Source of the DNA: Dictyostelium discoideum
Lineage: Eukaryota
Assembly (NCBI GenBank): GCA_000004695.1
Contig: CM000153.2
Span: forward strand, 2,656,001 to 2,720,000
Direction of reading: 5' to 3'
Length of the DNA stretch: 64,000 nt
The notes below the pieces were generated by a model, which saw only the letters and a list, made by a program, of their open reading frames with translations, was not told where the DNA came from and did no database searches. The translations under genes and the position numbers were made by a program. Shown one piece after another: positions 59,312 to 64,000 of this stretch (its first letter is position 1; each line of letters opens with the position of its first letter).

Positions 59312-61747
59312 ATTTTCATTATTTGATGTTTCATTATTATTATTAGTTGATGATGTTGTTGATGATGATGATGATGATGATGATGAACTAATATGTTTGT
59401 TTGTTGGTGATTCATTAGTTGTTGTTGTTGTTGTTGTTGATGATGATGATGATGATGATGGTTTATTTAATGGATTAGGTAAACAAAATACTGAATTTTC
59501 ACCACAAGAAAATTCCCAATAGAATGCTTTTTGAAGTGCACAAAGTGAAGAATAAACAGAGAGTCCATCTTCTTTTGACCATTCATCTAAAACTGGAAGT
59601 GGAATATCTGGTGGATTTTCACGTACTAAACTAGTGAGAATAAGTACCAATGATTTAATAACATCGATTGTACTTTGAATATCGTCACGGCAAGCCAATT
59701 CCTCTGGTACCCAGTCTCTAATGATTCTAGAGGTTCTCCATTCACAAAGTACATCCAAAGTGGTGAAATGATTATTTAAAACCTTAATGATTGATCTGAG
59801 TACGGTTGGAGTATTATCGATACTTAAAGATTTGAAAATCATGAGATCCTTACAAATGAATTGAGAACTAGTGTAGATATCTAATAATTTCTCTAAACCA
59901 CCTTCTTGAATGAAAATCTTATCATGTTCACCATTTGAAAAGAATAATGTAATAAATTTATTGATCAATAAAAACATTTGATTGTGAGTTGATTTCTCCA
60001 AAGCAGCTGTTGATGATGATGGTGATGATTTTGGTTCTTTTGGAGGAGTCATTGCAATTACATCATCCAATAATGAAATGATTTCTTTAATAGTTGGAAT
60101 TTTTAATTCTGGGTGATGTCTAACCAATTCATCCAATCCATTTCCAATTGAATTTAATGTACGAATATTTAAAGAGTTTACATTCTTTGGATTAACCAAG
60201 GTTTTTAAAAACTTTCTAATGAGACCACTTTCTGAAACTTTGGTTTTAAAAGCAGAGTTTAAACAAAATGCATTGAGTGTCTCTGGAATGATGTAAAGTA
60301 TCTCGTGAGGAATCTCTTTATTCAAAATGAAATCGAATATCATATCAATGAGACCAGTATTATTGATTGCAGTGAAACAAGTTGGTTCATTTTGAATTAA
60401 ATTGGTTGGAATAATGAAACAATCGGCAATGATTGCTGGTATAAATGATTCGTAGTGTGAAAAAATTGATTTCAAAACTTGATGGATTGGGCTATCAACA
60501 ATTTGATTCAATAATGCTCTTGGTATTACAGCTGTACCCGAAATTGGTAATAAACAATTCATCAATCCCAATAATAATGTTGATTTATGGTATAAAAGTT
60601 TTAAATAAAATTCGTCATTTAAAATATTTTCATCAAATTTATATTCTTTTTTGGTTGTTGAATCAATTAATTGTTGTTCAGTGGTTGAAGTTGTGATGGT
60701 GTTGGTGTTGGTGGTGAGTTGCAATAAATCTTTATCTTCTTTTTTGTTTAAAATATTACTACTACTACCACTATGAACTAAAGGTTTCTTTTTCTTTGAT
60801 TCATCACTAATATTGGTTGATGATGATGATTTCTTTGAAAAATAAGTATTTTCAACAACTAAATCATCTTTAGTCTCTTCAGGTTTTTTATAATTTATGA
60901 TGAAATCAACTTCCTCTGATATTGAAGCAATTAGATCTTGAAGATAACCTTGTTCACTAAACAATTCAATATTATTTAATTTAACCAAGAAAAGTGATTG
61001 AATAATTTGAAGAGCATTGATTTGGAATCTAAGATGATATATATTGGTTGTATGATTCTTTATCAATGGAAGTAATGATTGGAATACAATGTTCTCGTGA
61101 AGTAAAGCTTTATTTGAGAGTTTGAATACAAAATAAAACATTGCATTAATGAAAGACTCGGTGATTAATGGATCTTGACTGGTACCAGTGATCACTGCAA
61201 CACATTTTCTAATTACACTTGAAAAGAAACCCGATGAGAATGATCTTTGTAAAAGTAATGTTAAACTACTGGTTGGTGTGGTACTTGCCAATGCTGCCAT
61301 AGTATAGATGCTAGCTACTAAAATTGGTTCTGGAACTATAGTATAGTTTTTTAATAACTCCATCAATTCACCCAAGTATTCGGTGTCTTGTGTTCCTCCA
61401 AAGTTGTAGTTTGTTGAATTGGATGCAAAGTTTATCAATGATTGATGATAGAGAGTATTAGTTGCTACTAATCTCAATTGCATATATTTCTTTCTATATT
61501 CATAGTTTGGTAATCCCTTTAATAAACCAATTCTAAAATGTACAAAGTATTGATCCTCCTCTGGAATACCATAATCTTGAATCAATTTGCTTGCAATCTC
61601 ATATGGTGTTGCATTAATCTTATCAATATCAAATAATCTAATTATAACTTTACCACTTTCTTCAATTGTTGATACTGTTATCTTTTCAAAAAATATTGAT
61701 TTTGAATTTATATTTATATTTGATGTTGGTGGTGATGTTGAAGATGG

Positions 61748-61778
<31 letters not shown>

Positions 61779-61851
61779 GATTTAGTATTTACAGTAGTTT
61801 TTGATTTTGATTTGTAAAATTCAAAATTAAATGAATTTAATGATTCTGGTA

Positions 61852-61916
<65 letters not shown>

Positions 61917-62590
61917 TTAATAAAACTAAAAAAATAAAACTAAAAATAAAAATAAGATACATACTTTTGTGTCCTCTTTACAAAGTGAAAGTGGATGTAA
62001 ATGATCTTCATTAAATCCACTTGAAATTATAGATAATTTAGGAATAATAGTTTGAATGAATGATGAATTATCTTTTACAAATTTCTTTTTACTAAATAAA
62101 ACATTAAAAAATTTAAACAACTCAATTAAAATATCATAATCTGGGAATGTAAATAATGAATTTAGTTCCTTTTATAAAAAAAAAAAATTAGAATAATTTT
62201 AAAAGATGGCTTTTTCTTAAAAAAAAAACTTACATCCGAGGAATTAAAAAGGTTACTATTAATACAATTTCTAAGAAGAGACCTTGTGAACTTTATAATT
62301 AAAATAATAAACTCTTTATCATTTGGAAAATCTGGGTTATTATCGACATTTAATATACATGGTGGTGATGTATTACTTGAGGATGATGTTGATAATGTTG
62401 TATTAGATGATGATGCTGATGATGAAGATGATGATGTTGATGATGATGCTGCTGATGATATTGGGTTTGTCGACTTTCCTGAGGATGATGGTGTTGGATG
62501 GTATTTTGTAACTATTTTTCCTATTATAGAATCAAATCTTTCTAAAACATCAACCCAATGATTGAAATCATCCTTTTTTTTTAAAAAAAA

Positions 62591-62621
<31 letters not shown>

Positions 62622-62912
62622 TATTAATATTAATAAATTTCAAATTAAACTTTATATTTAACTTACTGTTTTGCCAAATGGCCATTCCTTAAACTTTAAT
62701 AAAATATTTTTAAGTTGTTCTTCGGGACAGTGCACTAATGTTTCTATAAAATTTTTTTCTTCTGTTATCTGAGAGTAAAGAAAAGAGAGAAAAAAAAAAA
62801 AATAATAAAAAGTAAATAAATGTTAAAAAAAAAAAAGAAATAAAAATAAAAAAATAAAAAAAAATTCGTAAGTACTTACAATTTTATAAACCTTTGAAAG
62901 TTTCCCCTTCAT
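51152..62912 (-). CDS. HUWE1/Tom1-type HECT E3 ubiquitin ligase (~3,790 aa); exons 62912-62880, 62768-62667, 62572-62234, 62168-61965, 61852-51152
   Basis: The C-terminal HECT domain ends ...[52 protein letters not shown] (HUWE1 ends [52 protein letters not shown]). There is a UBA domain ([35 protein letters not shown]). The N-terminal exons match the HUWE1 N-terminus: [11 protein letters not shown]|[34 protein letters not shown]|[19 protein letters not shown]...|[30 protein letters not shown]...[13 protein letters not shown]|[15 protein letters not shown]...[18 protein letters not shown] (HUWE1: [36 protein letters not shown]...VLNLLYVFSKRS...TTLHFEFYAD...MYSIPKDKQMLLFTHIRLA). The junctions are GTAAGT/GTATGT..AG and the exon lengths (33/102/339/204/10701) are phase-consistent. 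Confidence 0.85.
52946..53019. repeat. (TTG)~25 coding microsatellite, giving a poly-Q tract in the HECT ligase
   Basis: Seen directly. On the gene strand it is (CAA)n, translating to [33 protein letters not shown]. Confidence 0.9.
56969..57061. repeat. (GGTGTT)~15 hexanucleotide coding repeat, giving a (TN)n tract in the HECT ligase
   Basis: Seen directly. The gene strand is (AACACC)n and translates to TNTNTNTNTNTNTNTNTNTNTNTNTNTNTNTNT. Confidence 0.9.
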
Positions 62913-62966
62913 TTTATAATGACCTTAATTTGGTTTTTTTTTTTTTTTTTTGGTGGTTTTATTTGA

Positions 62967-63005
<39 letters not shown>

Positions 63006-63813
63006 ATTGAAGTTGGGAGGGTGTTGTTTTGATTGTGTTAGGGTGAGTAGATAAAAATTAAATAAAAAAAATTATGAAGAAAAAAAAAAGGGTGGTAAAA
63101 AAAAAAAAAAAAAAAATATAGAAAAAAATGGGAATTATGTATATAATTATTTAAGAATATACAATGCTATATATATATAAAATATATCTATTGATATATC
63201 TGTATTTTATTATTTATATAGCTAATTATCAAAAACCAGGTCTATATATTTATAAATATATATGTATATATAAAGTTTAATTATACATTAAAAAAAAAAA
63301 AGTAATAAAAAATAATAATTAAATTTTAAGTTATGTATGTGTGTGAATTTGAAAATAAAAAATAAAAAAAAATTTTAAATTAAAAAAAAAATTTTCTTTT
63401 TTTTTTTTTTTTTTTTTTTTTTTTATTTTTTTTTTTTTTAATTTAATTATAAAAAAAAAAAAATAAAATAAAAAAAAAAAAAATACCGAGAAAATTTTGA
63501 AAAAAAATTAAAATTTGAAAAAAAAAAAAAAACAATTATGAAAATTTTTATTGTAACATAAATAAAATTATAATAATTTATTTAAAAAATGATATCATAT
63601 TTTTGGTAAGTTACTTTGAAATCAAAGTATTATTTTTTTTTTTATTTTTTTTTTTTTATTTTTTTTTTTTCATTTTTTTTTTTTTATTTTTTTTTATTTT
63701 ATTTTTTATTTTTTATTTTTTTTTTTTTCATTTTTTTTTTTTTTTTTTTCTCTAAAGATTTTGTTTTTTATAAGTTTTTTTTTTAAAAAAAAAAAAATAA
63801 AAAATATATAGTA

Positions 63814-64000
63814 ATGTTAACAATATCAAGAGGATTATTAGCCACAAGTAAAACTAAAAACTTTAAATCAGTTTTTTCAAAATCATTTGGTAATTTTTTT
63901 AAAGATGGTGAATTGGTAGAAAACACAAAAGAAAATGAAAACAATCAAGAAACAATAAAAGAGAAACAGCAACAGCCACAACAACAACAAAATGATGGTA
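63814..64000 (+). CDS. 5' end of a gene running off the window (partial CDS with a presequence-like N-terminus)
   Basis: ATGTTAACAATATCAAGAGGATTATTAGCCACAAGTAAAACTAAAAACTTT... gives MLTISRGLLATSKTKNFKSVFSKSFGNFFKDGELVENTKENENNQETIKEKQQQPQQQQNDG, which stays open to the window edge. Confidence 0.3.
   Translation, partial: MLTISRGLLATSKTKNFKSVFSKSFGNFFKDGELVENTKENENNQETIKEKQQQPQQQQNDG

Noticed and set aside
63590-63813. Possible short first exon ATGATATCATATTTTTG|gtaagt upstream of the partial gene at 63814
   Set aside because: Joining it to the nearest acceptor (atatag at ~63811) puts a stop codon in frame within 40 nt. The ATG at 63814 itself opens the only long frame.

Overview
This window is AT-rich (~75-80% A+T) eukaryotic nuclear DNA with the hallmarks of a dictyostelid social amoeba (Dictyostelium discoideum-like). 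Coding exons are ~70% A+T and sit in >85% A+T intergenic and intron sequence. There are long homopolymer A/T tracts, and (AAT)n/(CAA)n/(GGTGTT)n coding microsatellites that give poly-N, poly-Q and (TN)n protein tracts. Introns are short, of the form GTAAGT...(T-rich)AG. I found nothing prokaryotic: no CRISPR, operons, rRNA or convincing tRNA. Because most genes are spliced, the six-frame ORF track shows only fragments. I reconstruct about 27 protein-coding genes. Recognisable products are a PARL-like rhomboid protease, SAP18, two adjacent thioredoxin-fold genes, an MFSD4-like MFS transporter, Spb1/FtsJ3 rRNA methyltransferase, the Rieske Fe-S protein, a VAMP7 longin SNARE, 5-oxoprolinase, a P5B-type ATPase, a paxillin-like protein with five LIM domains, Kaptin (KICSTOR), a cyclin-box protein, OPA3, ZNHIT1, a truncated ANL-family (acyl-CoA-synthetase-like) protein, and a ~3,790-aa HUWE1/Tom1-type HECT E3 ligase encoded mainly by one 10.7-kb exon. 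Other structure: a ~1.2-kb tandem segmental duplication carrying a three-exon micro-gene, a pair of lineage-specific paralogues 41 kb apart, GT-rich G-box/CA-rich promoter-like elements, and several gene-model anomalies (non-canonical donors, an apparent frameshift, a missing 5' exon). All splice-junction coordinates were derived by eye from the sequence and may be off by 1-2 nt. No database search was run.
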